From positions 75,020,001 through 75,084,000 of the forward strand of contig NC_043004.1 of assembly GCF_006345805.1 (NCBI RefSeq): DNA of 64,000 nucleotides, read 5' to 3'. The translations under genes and the position numbers were made by a program. Below, one piece after another: positions 34,874 through 47,014 of the stretch. The notes beneath the pieces were generated by a model. The model did no database searches and was not told the origin of the DNA. It saw nothing but the letters and a program-made list of their open reading frames with translations. The DNA is from Octopus sinensis (taxonomy: Eukaryota). The stretch's first letter is position 1; each line of letters opens with the position of its first letter.

Positions 34874-34999
34874 TGCATCCTATTTCGTCAGATTTATCTG
34901 CACAGTCAGCTATTTCGTTGCACACTTTGAATGAATCGATGCACTCTTTACTTGTACACTTGAACTGATCTTGTTCACATATTTCTTCCTTCGGTTCGC
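34874..34999 (-). CDS. LRP2: LRP2 exon, LDLa repeat 11 of cluster IV (CEQDQFKCTSKECIDSFKVCNEIADCADKSDEIGC)
   Basis: Acceptor tttccttag and donor gtaagt; 126 nt; its first two bases (GC) complete the Cys codon begun by the 38499 exon. Confidence 0.94.
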
Positions 35000-35857
35000 C
35001 TAAGGAAAGCAGATTAATAATGGTTTAATGAAAAATCACTGCAGTTTTGCTATTTACTGGAAGTCTTGGTGGCTCAATTAACAAATGGCTTTTAACATGG
35101 AGCACAGTGAAGTTTGGAAGTGGAGATGCTGCGTTATTCAGTTGCCCACACATACTCCACCTCCTCCTCCTTCTCACCACCACCACCACCACTATCATCA
35201 TCATCATCATCATCTAACATACATGTTCCCTGCTCAAAGGAAGCAAACAATTTGACAGAGTCGTGTGCCTGTACCAATGCCTTCTTTTTGGCATTCTTTC
35301 CTTCCTGCCGCCAACCATTCCACAGAGTGAACTGGGTGCCTGTTTCCCTGTGACAGCAGCACCAGTGATGCTGTCTTATAAATGGACAAGGCTGCCAAGG
35401 GCTTAAAGTAGTTTGTATAATGAAAGGAGAAGAGGAGAGAGTGTGAACAATGATATGGGGCAGGGGAATGAGGGAATGGTAAGAGGGGAAGCTGGGAAAG
35501 TTTGACAGGGTGGGAGGACAAGAATTAGTGATAGTATTGAGAGAAAGAGAAAGGGCATAGAATTGAAGGGTGACAGAATGGGTGGGTGGCCTAGGGTATC
35601 CAACATTTACAGAGCAAGTACAGGTGTATCAAATACCATAGAACATAAGTTCTTGATGCAATATAGGGATAAGCATGTCTGGGCAGAAGGAGGTTTGCTT
35701 CCCAACCACATGGTCCCAGGTTCAGTCCCAGTGCATGACATCTTGGGTAAGTGCTTCTACTATAGCCTTGGGCCAACCAAGCCTTGTGAGTGGATTTGGT
35801 AGATGGAAACTAAAAGCAGCCCATCATACATATTTTGCATATATATATATATATATA

Positions 35858-36237
35858 CACTTGCGTCAGAAATTAATTAGCACTTCTCAAATTTCTACAT
35901 TAAATAGGTTAAATCAATTAACCTATCAGCTGTTCAAAATGTCTTACGCGATGAGAAAACTTAGTATGGTGTGATTTCGGTCCTTGCGAGGTGCTACCTA
36001 TATCTATTAAACAAAGGAAGATTTGTCTGCATCCGCACTCCAAGTTGTTGTTGCACTGCTATGTCAACATCATAAGGCTGTAGACTCTCAAACTGCTCTG
36101 CAAACAAAGTTACGTCATCGTTCTGCGCAACAGTGAACTCGCAACAAAGCAATAGTTCGAGATATGGCCACTAGGTGACAGCACATACCTTGAGTGAAGA
36201 GCAAATCAAGGGTGCTAATTAATTTCTGACGGTAGTG
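35858..36237. mobile_element. Tc1-type MITE inserted in the internal (TA)n of a SINE
   Basis: 26-bp TIR (24/26 match) CACT..CGTCAGAAATTAATTAGCAC with TA flanks; SINE head at about 35690-35830 and tail at about 36260-36500. Confidence 0.85.
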
Positions 36238-36288
<51 letters not shown>

Positions 36289-36559
36289 TTGTGTCTGTGT
36301 TTGTCCTACCCTCCCACTGCTTGACAACCGTTGTTGGTGTGTTTATGTCCCATAACTTAGCAGTTTGGCAAAAGCAGACTGCTGGAATATGTAGCAGGCT
36401 TTAAAAAAATGTACTGGGGTCAATTTATTCAACTGAAAGTTCTTTAAGGCATTGCTCCAGTATGGCCGCAGTCTAATGACTGAAACAATAAAAGATCATT
36501 AAAATTATCTCTGCCTTAGGAAATGGTAATGAAAACCGACCATACTGGAGCACGGGAGA

Positions 36560-36835
36560 TAATTTCAAGAGTTCAAATGTCCACAGTTGAGATACCTGTT
36601 CTATTTCTTTACTACCCACAAGGGGCTAAACACGAGAGGACAAACAAGGACAGACAACCGGATTAAGTCGATTATATCGACACCAGTGCATAAATGGTAC
36701 TTAATTTATCGACCCCGAAAGGATGAAAGGCAAAGTCGACCTTGGCGGAATTTGAACTCAGAACGAATTGGCAGATGAAATACCGCTAAGCATTTCACCA
36801 GGCATGCTAATGATTCTGCCAGCTCGCTGCCTTAG
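36560..36835 (-). mobile_element. tRNA-derived SINE, family with GGCAGCGAGCTGGCAGAA head (representative)
   Basis: A-box TGGCAGAA and B-box GAGTTCAAATTCC. Copies near 2915-3155, 42420-42610, 43770-43890, 47120-47310, 47340-47530, 48000-48205 and 63380-63660. Confidence 0.75.
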
Positions 36836-37044
36836 ACATACCATTAAGGAAAAGGACAAGCTTATTGTCCAGAGATGAAAGGACAGACATGGACTATCAT
36901 GTGATTTTCTCCCTCTCTTTTAAGTGGAGCTGGTCTTCATTGCTGTTTGGTAACTATTAAACATCTTCTAGGAGCAGCGATGATTTTAAGAAACCAAGAA
37001 TTTATCCTGCATGGCATTTGACATACCCGTAGTGGTTTATGTAG

Positions 37045-37350
37045 TGTGAAGGCACATGGCTTCAGGGTTGGGATATTTAAATCCTGATCATAAGTTCGAT
37101 TCCTGGCAATGCCTTATGCCCTTGAGCAAGACACTTCATTTCATGTTACTCCAGTCCACTCTGCTGGTAAAAATGAGTTGCACCTTTATTTGAAAGGGAC
37201 CAGCCTTGTCACATTCTGTGTTACACTGAATCTCCCTGAGAACTACAACAAAGGTGCACGTGTCTGTGGAGTACTCAGCCACTTACATATATTTTACAAG
37301 CAGGCTGTTCCATTGATCAGATCAACCGGAATACTAATCGTTGTAACCAA
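37045..37350 (+). mobile_element. tRNA-derived SINE with CCTTGAGCAAGACACTT core-like motif (representative)
   Basis: B-box GTTCGATTCC. Copies near 31760-31965, 42760-43015, 43990-44285, 46500-46720, 50660-50945 and 53295-53585. Confidence 0.75.
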
Positions 37351-38498
37351 TGAATTGCCAGTTTTATTTGTCTATGTTGTTCAAATACATGGAACTGGTC
37401 ACTTTGAGTTAGCTCCCTTAGATTATTTCTATTTAAATTATCTGAAGAGCGAGTCCGGGTGGTATCCAAAAGATCGGAAAAGGCTACTTGGATGGCCTCC
37501 ATGACAATGCGTAAACAATTTAGTAAAGCAATTTCGGTCAAAGTGAAAAAGAACAATGTCATCAAGACAGAACTGGAAGCGCATTGTGACCAGTGGTGTC
37601 TAACAGCGCCTGATAGTCTGGTTGATATTGTGATACCGTAAAGAGCCAGTATGGAGAGAAAGTGCAAGAAGAAGGCTGACAGGAAGGTAGCACTAGATTA
37701 GTGTAGAGAGGATCCTGATTGGGTCTGTGAAAGAAAGAACGGCAGGGAAAGAACTGCTTGGATATGCAAACTAACTGGCACTCCACTGGTGATGGCAACA
37801 AAGGCTCCAGTTAACCAAGTCAACAGATCATAGGCCGAATACACAAACCACGAAGGCACGGCTTGAATATGAGAGAAGTAAATTCAAATGGAATCTAATG
37901 GCTTGATTGTTCATCTTTGAAGAAAAGTGGGAATGGTGAAGGGGAAGGCATATGGCCAAGTTGTTTGTGTGCTGTCTTCTGGGCTGCAAGATTGTGGCTT
38001 TGATTCCTAGAACTGTTGGTGTGTTGGGTTCTTGAGCAAAGCACTTTATTTCTTGTTGCTTCTGTGCACCCAGCTGAAAATGTGTAACCTTGCAACGACA
38101 GACCGGCACCCCATTGCGGTGGATGGGACTGCTATGGCCTTGGTCACCCACACGCCATGGGAATTGGGCAACTGGTCCTATAAGCCCTAGAATTCAAGAT
38201 GGTACTCATCACCACCACCACCACCATGACCATCATCAACAAGAACAACAACGCTGTCGGGAAATAAACAAAATGCCAATGTAAAAGTGTGTTCTTGAAT
38301 GGCCAAAATTATTCTCCCATGGCATAACTGTCCTGGTCCCACATTGAAGTTATTTGCTAAATAAGCACAACTAGACATTGCCACAAATTGCTTTCTATAA
38401 CTGGGCAAGAGCTGATGATCAACACATTGAAAGCCTCATTGATTTTAGAGAAATTCTGAGGGTGAGGGGCAACAGGTGAATAACAAAACCAAACTTAC

Positions 38499-38706
38499 AA
38501 AGGTGATGAGTATTTTCATCTGAACCATCTCCACAATTATCTCTTCCATTGCAGACTCGCCATATTGGAATGCATAATAAATTGTTGCAGCGGAATCTTC
38601 TCTCTTTTTTTGAACACTCAATTTGAAGGCATACCTCGCGTGTTTCATCTGATTTATCACCGCAGTCATCGTCACTGTCACACATCCATTGTTTAGGAAT
38701 GCAGAC
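38499..38706 (-). CDS. LRP2: LRP2 exon, LDLa 9 (C-terminal half) and LDLa 10 (VCIPKQWMCDSDDDCGDKSDE...[18 protein letters not shown])
   Basis: D-C-x-D-x-SDE motifs; acceptor ttcctcaataag and donor gtaagt; 208 nt, phase 0 to 1. Confidence 0.94.
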
Positions 38707-38872
38707 CTTATTGAGGAAATGAAAGCATATAACACAGACATAAATACATACATATCTATATATGAATGAATATATATATTGGGAGAGTTTATGGAAAAAA
38801 CACAAAAGACGAAGACGGGTGGTGTACAAAACAAACAGATGTATTAGTATAACGCTCAGGAATAGAAAAAGT

Positions 38873-38908
38873 CTTTTATGTTTTGAGCCTACGCTCTTCT
38901 ACAGAAAG
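38873..38908 (-). ncRNA. Degenerate minimal hammerhead-like motif
   Basis: CUUU-CUGUAGA-A-GAGC(GUAG)GCUC-AAAA-CAU-A-AAAG; differs from the 40430 copy by two CpG-type transitions. Confidence 0.35.
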
Positions 38909-39044
38909 GGACACAGAAAACAAGGAGAGAAAGAAGGAGAGAAAAAAAAGGAGATATATATGTATGTATGTATGAAAGAAAAAAGAGAAAATGGAGAATG
39001 GGAAGTTAATAATTGTTTATTATCAACAGCAAATTAATCATCAT

Positions 39045-39125
39045 CCCTACAGCTGTTTCAATTAATACTCAGTAAATTTAAGTAAATATTAAATTCATAT
39101 AATCTGAGAATAATGTCTTCAGAGG
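39045..39125 (-). ncRNA. Type I hammerhead motif with a palindromic stem III
   Basis: CUGAAGA, stem II CUCAG/CUGAG + AUUA/UAAU, GAAA, ACAGCUGU palindrome, triplet GUA, 3-bp stem I. Confidence 0.6.
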
Positions 39126-39523
39126 GGAAAAATATACCCTTGGATGTTTTATATGCATTTATGGATTCATTATAGCAGACCATATGTTTTTTACATATAC
39201 CTACTATTTCAAAGAAATTTATTCCCCCCAAGTACTAGGTATTGAATCAGTATTTCCTTGGATGAAACCATCCTTTCATGAGGTTAACACAACTTCCAAT
39301 CGAATGCATATATATTTATAAATACATACATACATATATATTTATAAATACACACATATATATACATAAATACAGACAATATATATTTGTATATATACAT
39401 ATATATATACATATATATATATATATACATATATATATACATACACACACATATATACACATATACATACACATATATATATATATACATACATATACAT
39501 CTATATCTATCTATACATACACA

Positions 39524-39581
<58 letters not shown>

Positions 39582-39884
39582 GTGGAGGCACAATGACCCA
39601 GTGGTTAGGGCAGCAGACTTGCGGTCGTAGGATCGCAGTTTCGAATCCCAGACCGGGCGTTGTGAGTGTTTATTGAGCAAAAACACCTAAAGCTCCACAA
39701 GGCTCCGTCAGGGGGTGGTGGCGAGCCCTGCTGTACTCTTTTGCCATAACTTTCTCTCACACTTTCTTCTGTTGGCCTACTCGCTTAGCCAGCGGGGTGG
39801 CGTCATTTGAAGGCTAACCAATGCGAAGCGCATTGTGACCAGCGATGTGTAGCAACATCTGATAGTCTGGTCGGTCACGGTGAT
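39582..39884 (+). mobile_element. tRNA-derived SINE, complete and well preserved
   Basis: A-box TGACCCAGTGG and B-box GTTTCGAATCC; the same 3' tail recurs at 15505-15606 (minus) and about 37575-37635. Confidence 0.8.
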
Positions 39885-39906
39885 ATACAACCCCTATCTC
39901 AATTTG

Positions 39907-39980
<74 letters not shown>

Positions 39981-40018
39981 CATATACATATATGTATATA
40001 TATATATATATATATATA

Positions 40019-40320
40019 CTAGCAGTATCGCCCGGTGTGCTTGGGTTTGTAAGGGAAATAACTATAAAAGCATTTTTAGAGAGTTACTTCCCTTGCATAA
40101 ACCGAGCAAAAATCATTAAAAATGTGGAAAAATGATGGTAAATTTATTTAAAAATCGTAGACTCATCGTAGACATGCGCCAATACCCAGAAGGGCTCGAT
40201 ATGAATCCTGACTATAACATACCCGCTTTTGTTTAAACTGCACTGCAAAATGTGGGAGTAGTTAGGAATCTAAATCGAAGTAGACAGACACACACACAAC
40301 TTTAGTTTTATATATAAAGA
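40019..40320 (-). mobile_element. Non-autonomous Helitron
   Basis: 5' TC and 3' CTAG between host A and T; homologous to the 55006-55847 copies. Confidence 0.8.
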
Positions 40321-40429
40321 TATATATATATATAACGGAAGGTTTACGAAAATAAACAAAAGATGAAGGCAGGTGGAGTACCAACAGATAATGTATTTGT
40401 ATGGCGCTCAGAAATAGAAATAAAACAAG

Positions 40430-40467
40430 TCTTTTACGTTTCGAGCCTATGCTCTTCAACAGAAAGA
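40430..40467 (-). ncRNA. Minimal hammerhead-like motif (A6U variant)
   Basis: Stem I UCUUU/AAAGA, CUGUUGA, extra A, GAGC/GCUC stem II, GAAA, palindromic ACGU stem III, triplet GUA. Confidence 0.5.
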
Positions 40468-40854
40468 TACACAGAAAAGAAACAAGGAGAGGGAAAAAAA
40501 AATTGCGTATAGGGGCTAACGATCCAACATAGCGTTATATATTGTTTTGTTCTTTTCGTTTATCATTTAACGTCCACTTTCCATGCTGGCATGGGTTTGA
40601 CGATTTGACTGAGGACTGGTGAGCCAGATGGCTGCACTAGGCTCTAATCTGATCTGGCAGAGTTTCTACAGCTGGATGCCCTTCCTAACACCAACATATA
40701 TATACACAAGAGATATTGGTATCTAGAAAACCCAAAGATTGTCGGGTAAACTTAAGTAAGCGCTATGGTCGGACCATAGTTAAACTCTTGGTTCGATAAT
40801 GATACGAGTGAGGAGTCTAATGTGGGTCTTTTATTAGCATGCTTCTATATATTA

Positions 40855-41340
40855 GACAGAATGAGATAACAAAGCCTGGGCTGTATCATTCTCAGCTACT
40901 GAAATACCTCCAAGAAGCAATCAAAGAAAAAAGGCCACGAATGCTCACTAGAGGAGTCCTTTTTCATCATGACAATCCTCCAGCCCACACCTCAGTGGTT
41001 GCCATGACAACAATTCATGATTGCGGTTACAAACTTGTTTCCCATCTGCCTTATTCACCAGACTTAGCCCCCCCCCCCCTCTGACTTTTATCTATTCCCC
41101 AAAATGAAAAAAGCCCTGGCTGGTTGCCATTTTGCCAGTGACAAAGACGCTGAAGGAAGTTTTCTGGAGTCTCAAACAAAAGAGTTCTTCTATGCTGGGA
41201 TAACGGTGCTTCAGCACTGCTGGAGAAAGTGTTCATCCATCGAAAGGGACTATGTTGAAAAATAAATCATCAGAAGTCTTGTACCATGTTCTGTTTTTTT
41301 TTCTTTTGAGGCTCAAGACTTTTCATACTCTCTTCGTGTG
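40855..41340 (+). mobile_element. Mariner transposase 3' fragment, decayed
   Basis: GVLFHHDNPPAHTS and HLPYSPDLAP motifs (mariner HDNARPH / PYSPDLAP). Confidence 0.85.
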
Positions 41341-41413
41341 TGTATATATATATACCGGAGTAAGCACATAAATGTGAAACAAGGTGGAAAAAAGAGTACT
41401 CAAATACCAGAGG

Positions 41414-41563
41414 TATTTAAAAGCAGCAGGAATATAACATAAGGTGTTACACAGAGTTTCACCTTCCCGTTCGTCGGACAGTTTTGTTAACAAAACTGTC
41501 CGATGAACAGGAATGTGAAACTCTGAGTAACCTCTTTTGTTATATTTCTGCTGCTTTTAAATA
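41414..41563. repeat. 150-bp spacerless palindrome (75-bp arms, 8 mismatches)
   Basis: Arm-by-arm comparison, centre GTT|AAC at 41488/41489. Confidence 0.92.
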
Positions 41564-42194
41564 AAGAATGTATATATATATATATATATATGAGACTTCA
41601 CCATCAGTACCATGAATATCAATAACAAAACCAAAAACAAGCACCACTACCAACCTACATACCCCCCTAAATTATCAACAACAGCAGTAGCAATAATATG
41701 AACAAAATAAGCTTCTCAATCTATAAAATGGAAAAAAAAATCATACGAGAAAATGTATTGTATTTCCTTGTATGAAATATTTTTGATCTCATTGCAGATT
41801 GACTTGTGACTAAACTGCAATAACAAGAAAATTAACAAGAAAATTACGACTACTTCCACCACAAAGATTACTCTTACCATCACTAACATCAAACAAATAG
41901 AACCAACTCTATCCACTAATGAGAAACGAATAGGCAACCACAATAATAGTACCAACATTATAACAATGTCTGTAGCTACATATGTTGCATGTCAGTATAA
42001 TGGTGCCTGTATATGTAGAATGTGTGTGGAGTGTGTGTGTTTGTGGAGGGGAGTAGAGAATAGAGTATGGATTTCTTATGACACCAACAAAACCAACATA
42101 TCGACGATGAGAGGTAAAATGGCAATAATATTCAGATGACTTGGCTTTGGTGATTTGGCTGGTTGAAAATGAAAAAAAAAAGGAAATGTCTCAC

Positions 42195-42367
42195 AGTGTT
42201 GTTACACTGGAATCTGTCAATTGGACAGTATCTGTCGCCATATTTGGGTGTGCAGTTTCTTTCGTCTGAAGCATCTCTGCAATTTCTCCAACCATCACAA
42301 GTTAGATATTTTTTAATACAGTGACCTGTATCACACTTGAACTCATCTTCAGAACACTTCACAGAAG
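42195..42367 (-). CDS. LRP2: LRP2 exon, LDLa 8 and start of LDLa 9 (ASVKCSEDEFKCDTGHC...CRDASDERNCTPKYGDRYCPIDRFQCNNT)
   Basis: Acceptor tttttctag and donor gtgaga; 173 nt, phase 1 to 0; resembles human GHC...[20 protein letters not shown]. Confidence 0.95.
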
Positions 42368-43290
42368 CTAGAAAAATAACAATAACACAAATAATAAATA
42401 AAAACATAATGAACAATAATAATGGTTTCAAATTTTGGCACAAGGCCAGCAATTTTGGGGGTAGGGGTAAGTCAATTACATCAATCCCAGTGCATGACTG
42501 GTACTTATTTTACTGACCCCAAAAGGATGAAAGGTAAACTTATCCTTAGTGGAACAGGAACTCAGAGTGCATGGATGGACAAAAGGATGCTCAGCAGTTT
42601 GCCCCCAGCGTACTAACACCTCAACCAGCAACCAACAATAATAATGATGTCTTGTAAATGTCGAGAAAGGTTAAATGTTTATTGGAATAAGCTGTACCAT
42701 TTTACTAGCCTTGGAAGGCCTGACTCTCCATAGGTTATGATGACTAGTATTCAAGTTGATTTAATCAAGAGAATAGCCTGCTTGTGAAATTATCATGTAA
42801 GTGGCTGAGTATTCCACAGAGCCATATGCCCTTCATATAGTTCTTAGGGAGATTCAGCACGACGCAATGTATGTGACAAGGCTGTCCCTTTTGAATTACA
42901 GGTAGAACTCATTTTTGCCAGCTGAGTGAACTGGAGCAGCAACTAGAAATAAAGGATCTTGCTCAAGGACGCAATGTGCTTCCAGGAATCGAACTCACAT
43001 CCTTACGACTGTCAGCCATTAAGCCAGACACCTTCTCAAACATTTCCATAATATAAAGCAGTTCTTCCTAAATTAGGTTCCAAAAATGTCCCAGAGTTTC
43101 ACGCAAAACTCTTGGCTTTCCATGACCAAATTCTAAGCTGCCAGAAAATAAGGTTCTTCTTAATAAAATTTCATAAAAATTTAAAAAATTGTATTCATTA
43201 TTTTCCAAACAATATTTTACTATTTGCTTTGTTTATCATGTGAATAAATACTTTCTCTAAAGCAACTTTTGTTTCATTAAATTTACTTAC

Positions 43291-43413
43291 CACAGTTATT
43301 TTCATCAGATCCATCACCACAATCGTCGTACAAGTTACATCGCCACTTCTTTAGGACACATCTTTGGTTTTCACAGCGAAATTCAGATTCAGTACAGTCA
43401 CGATATTTGTTTT
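43291..43413 (-). CDS. LRP2: LRP2 exon, LDLa 7 ([41 protein letters not shown])
   Basis: CTESEFRC is the same as in human LRP2 (recalled); AG/GT boundaries; 123 nt. Confidence 0.95.
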
Positions 43414-45399
43414 CTAAAGTTTTGATAAAAGAGAAAAAATGAGATAAAGAAAACAGAAAGAAGATAAAAATGAAGAATGAACCTTTATAATCTAAGGTAA
43501 TCAAAGCCTATTTCTGTTCCTTAATTTGGATTGGATAGGATTGAACTGCCTACGTTCAGAGCACTGCAGGACAAAGGCCTCAGCATGTTCTCTCCACCAT
43601 CCACAGTCTGACGTGGAGGCTGTGAAGCTAAGTCTGAGATGATATTAGTTAGATGAGCCTGCTTTGTCACATTGGCTTGATACGGCTTGGCAGAGGGATG
43701 CAGTTTTTATACTCTTACCCAATAATATTTAATTCAATTATAACGGCCCTCAATACTCAACAGGCATTTATTTTATTGACCCTGAAAGGATGAAAGGCAA
43801 AGTCAGCCTTGGTGGAATTTGAACTGACAACATAGGGACAGGCAAAATACGACAAGGCATTTTGCCTGGTGTCCTAATGATCGTTGCCAATAAATTCTAA
43901 TCATCCAACACTACAGGATAACTAAACACATAGATTTATATACTACAGTGTATGTCTACAGTTATACCTTTCTCATGTGATGGTGCAAGCCTTAGTGCTT
44001 AGGGTATTCAGCTCACAACCACAAGGTCACGAGTTCAATTCCTGACAGCATACTGTGTCCTTGATCGAGACACTTTATTTCACGTTACTCCAGTCCACTC
44101 AACTGGCAAAAATGATTTGTCCCTGTAATCCAAAGGGCCAGTCTTGTCACACTGAATCTCCCTGAGAACTATGTTAAGTGTATGCATGTCTGTGGAGTAC
44201 TCAGCCGCTTGAATGTTAATTTCATGAGCAGGCTGTTCCATCGATTGGATCAACTGGAACAATTGTTGTCGTTAGCAACAGAATGGATTTAGATTTCTCA
44301 TGGAGAATTCTGCATTCCATTATGGAAGATGTGAAACAATCCAAAATAATTGACCTTCCATAACTGTTCTGTCAATAACTGGCAGAGGGTCAGACGTCAG
44401 AGGCTTTTTTTCTGTTCTTTGTTATTGTGTGTTAATTTATTTCCCTGCATTTTAGTCTAGCTCAGCAATCAGTAAACTCCGCCGCCGCCGCCTCTGCCTC
44501 CACCTCTGCCTCCTCCTCTGCCTCATCCTCCACCTCTGCCTCTGCTTCCTCCTCCGCCTCTACCTCCAATTCTGCCTCCTCCTCTGCCTATTCCTCCACC
44601 TCTGACTCCTCCTTTCCTCTGCCTCCTCCCCTCCTCTGCCTCCCCCTCCTCTGCCACCTCCCCTTCCACTGCCCCCTCCTCCTCCTCACCACCACCACCA
44701 CCTGACCGGGCTGATCGTTTTGATTGGTCAAAACGTGTGCAATATTTTATGTATAAATTTGTGCCAAAATGTAAATTCCTTTTGCAGAAAATTACTTTGA
44801 TTCTTTCTCACGTTGATCATAACTAACCAGTCAGTAACCACTCAGTCACTTTTCTTCTGAGCCCATACTACAGTATTTAAGGGAGCTGCAGTTAAAGCAT
44901 CAGTCAGAGAGGGGACACTGGTGGCTGCCTCCCAGCCCAGGGTATACACAACCACTTCTTTTCACTTGCTCTCTCTTCCAAAGTTAACATAAAATACACA
45001 GACACCAACATTTGCATTATGTCACACAATCATATTTTATAACAATTTTCTTGCCTTTAGTAAATTATGAGCAATGATATTTCATTGACACAGTTCACCT
45101 AACCGTACACTTTACGGACCAAACTGCCCTGCTGTTCTCTATCGAACCATTGTGTCCAATATATTAACTTCTGAACTTTTAATTAAAATCTGTTGTTGAA
45201 ACGAAACTGCAATTCAGTTATTCATTACTCATTAATCAATTATTAAGTGGCAATCACTGAAATATTATGCAGCAACCTTTGTAGCAGATTTCATACTTTA
45301 AAAAGCTTTCTTCCTTACAGCAGTGAGTTCAACTAATCTCCATGGCAAGTTTTCCAGATATGACTCCACCAAAAATATCTTGATGTCATCTTCACAGGA

Positions 45400-45780
45400 T
45401 ACCAAGAGATATAATGAATACGATCAGATTTCCTCTTTTGGTTCCAGTGAATTTCACAGAAATTGCTGTTGATCAAGAAAATGATGAAGAATTTTTAGAT
45501 CTCTGGGAAAAGTCATCTTCCTTGCAGTTTCCCCTTGTACTTCTTTCTCCATCCTCCAGGTCTGTTTGGTGTGATATTTCTGTTGGACACTCCTAGTAAC
45601 ATTGCAGGGGTCGGGGTGAGAGCTTCTGTGAAGGAAGAGCAAGTAAAGTCCCTGGATGAAGTGGGAACCAGTGAAGGAACAGGTAGTGACCTAACGGGAT
45701 ATCTGCAAGTGGGACCTACACAAAACCAAGCTGCCCTTTCAGTTTGTCTACAATGTCCTCCGACTGAATACAGAACTGTT
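45400..45780 (+). mobile_element. Decayed Gypsy-like pol fragment (RNaseH-integrase junction)
   Basis: EIAVDQENDEE...SSLQF...VWCDISVG and GVRASVK resemble Gypsy pol; heavily mutated. Confidence 0.45.
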
Positions 45781-46770
45781 AAACAAATCCACTCTGGTGC
45801 CAACCATGCTAGCACGTGTGTAATGAGATGGCAGTATGTGTATGTAATGGAACATCTCACCACCACCACTGCCACCACCACCACCACCACCACCACCATC
45901 AATACCATCATCCCTGCCACCACGACCATCATCACCATCATCATTGTCTAATGCCCATTTCCTATGCCAGCATGTGTTGGGTGGCTTGACCAGAGCTGGC
46001 AAGCCAGAGAGCTGTACCGGCCTTCAGGAATTAAATAACGAACAGTAAAGGGTGTGTGGTCTAGTGGTGATTTTGCAAGCATAGTTTCAATCCCACACCA
46101 GGCGGTAAGTTGCGTTCTTGAGCAAAATGCATAATTTCACACTGCCTCAGTCCACTCGGCTGTAAATGAGTTACCTTGTGACTGACTGGTGTCCTGTTCA
46201 AAGGAAATGATGTGACCTTGGCCACATATACACCATGAAAACTGGACAAATGGATTCAAGACAGTAATGCATAGTAGTTGCTGATGATGATGATGAATAA
46301 ACAACCAACAGATACGGACAATCGAGAGAAGATATGCATCTCATCCGGATTGTTTTTAGCCAAGGCAGGGAATATTTGATGCTTATAGGTTTTTCTTTTT
46401 CCCCTGTGTTTAACCCCTCACCTAAAAGAAATATTATTAGAACAAGGGGGACAAAGAGGTTCTTAAATCAAATGGTTTAAATAAATGTACAGTAAGGAAA
46501 AAAGGGATGGCCCTCTCTGAATCATATGGAATCATATAGACCCACTTCCCTGGTTTCCATGGCATGTATGTTCCCCCCACCTGAATGGGACACCATTCCA
46601 TTCCAGGATTACTCATTCTTGCCAGTGGAGTGGACTGAACCAATGTAAAATGAAGTGTTTTGCTCAAGAACACAACATGTTACCCAGCCCAGGAATTGAA
46701 ATCGCAATCTTACAATCATGAAAATGTACACTGATTATAAATAAAAAAGAAATGTAAAAACTTTAAAATA

Positions 46771-47014
46771 CAGGTCGTCGTTGACTTATGACTTATCCAA
46801 CTTATGACTGATGGACTTTACGAGAAATTTTTGACTAACACCAGTATAATAGTATCATACAGAATGCTGCATGTGACATTTACCTGAGAATGTATTTCTT
46901 AAGAGTGTAAAAATATAAAACAAAGCTATGTAGGCCTATAGGCCAACTTACGACCAAATCGACTTACGACCAGACAGTCGGAACCAATTGTGGTCCTAAG
47001 TTGATGATGACTTG
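46771..47014. mobile_element. Tigger/pogo-type MITE
   Basis: Degenerate TIR (CAGGTCGTCGTTGACTTATGAC), TA on both sides, internal ACTTACGAC repeats. Confidence 0.7.

Noticed and set aside
37459-37641. 60-aa ORF ending in the tail shared with the 39582 SINE
   Set aside because: Could be the 3' end of a partner LINE, but no protein motif is recognisable; unsupported without a database search.
38491-38500. Apparent loss of the last Cys of LDLa repeat 10
   Set aside because: The Cys codon is split T|GC by the intron and completed by exon 34874-34999.
39582-39660. Possible tRNA gene
   Set aside because: A and B boxes are present but there is no complete cloverleaf; it continues into a repeated SINE body and tail.
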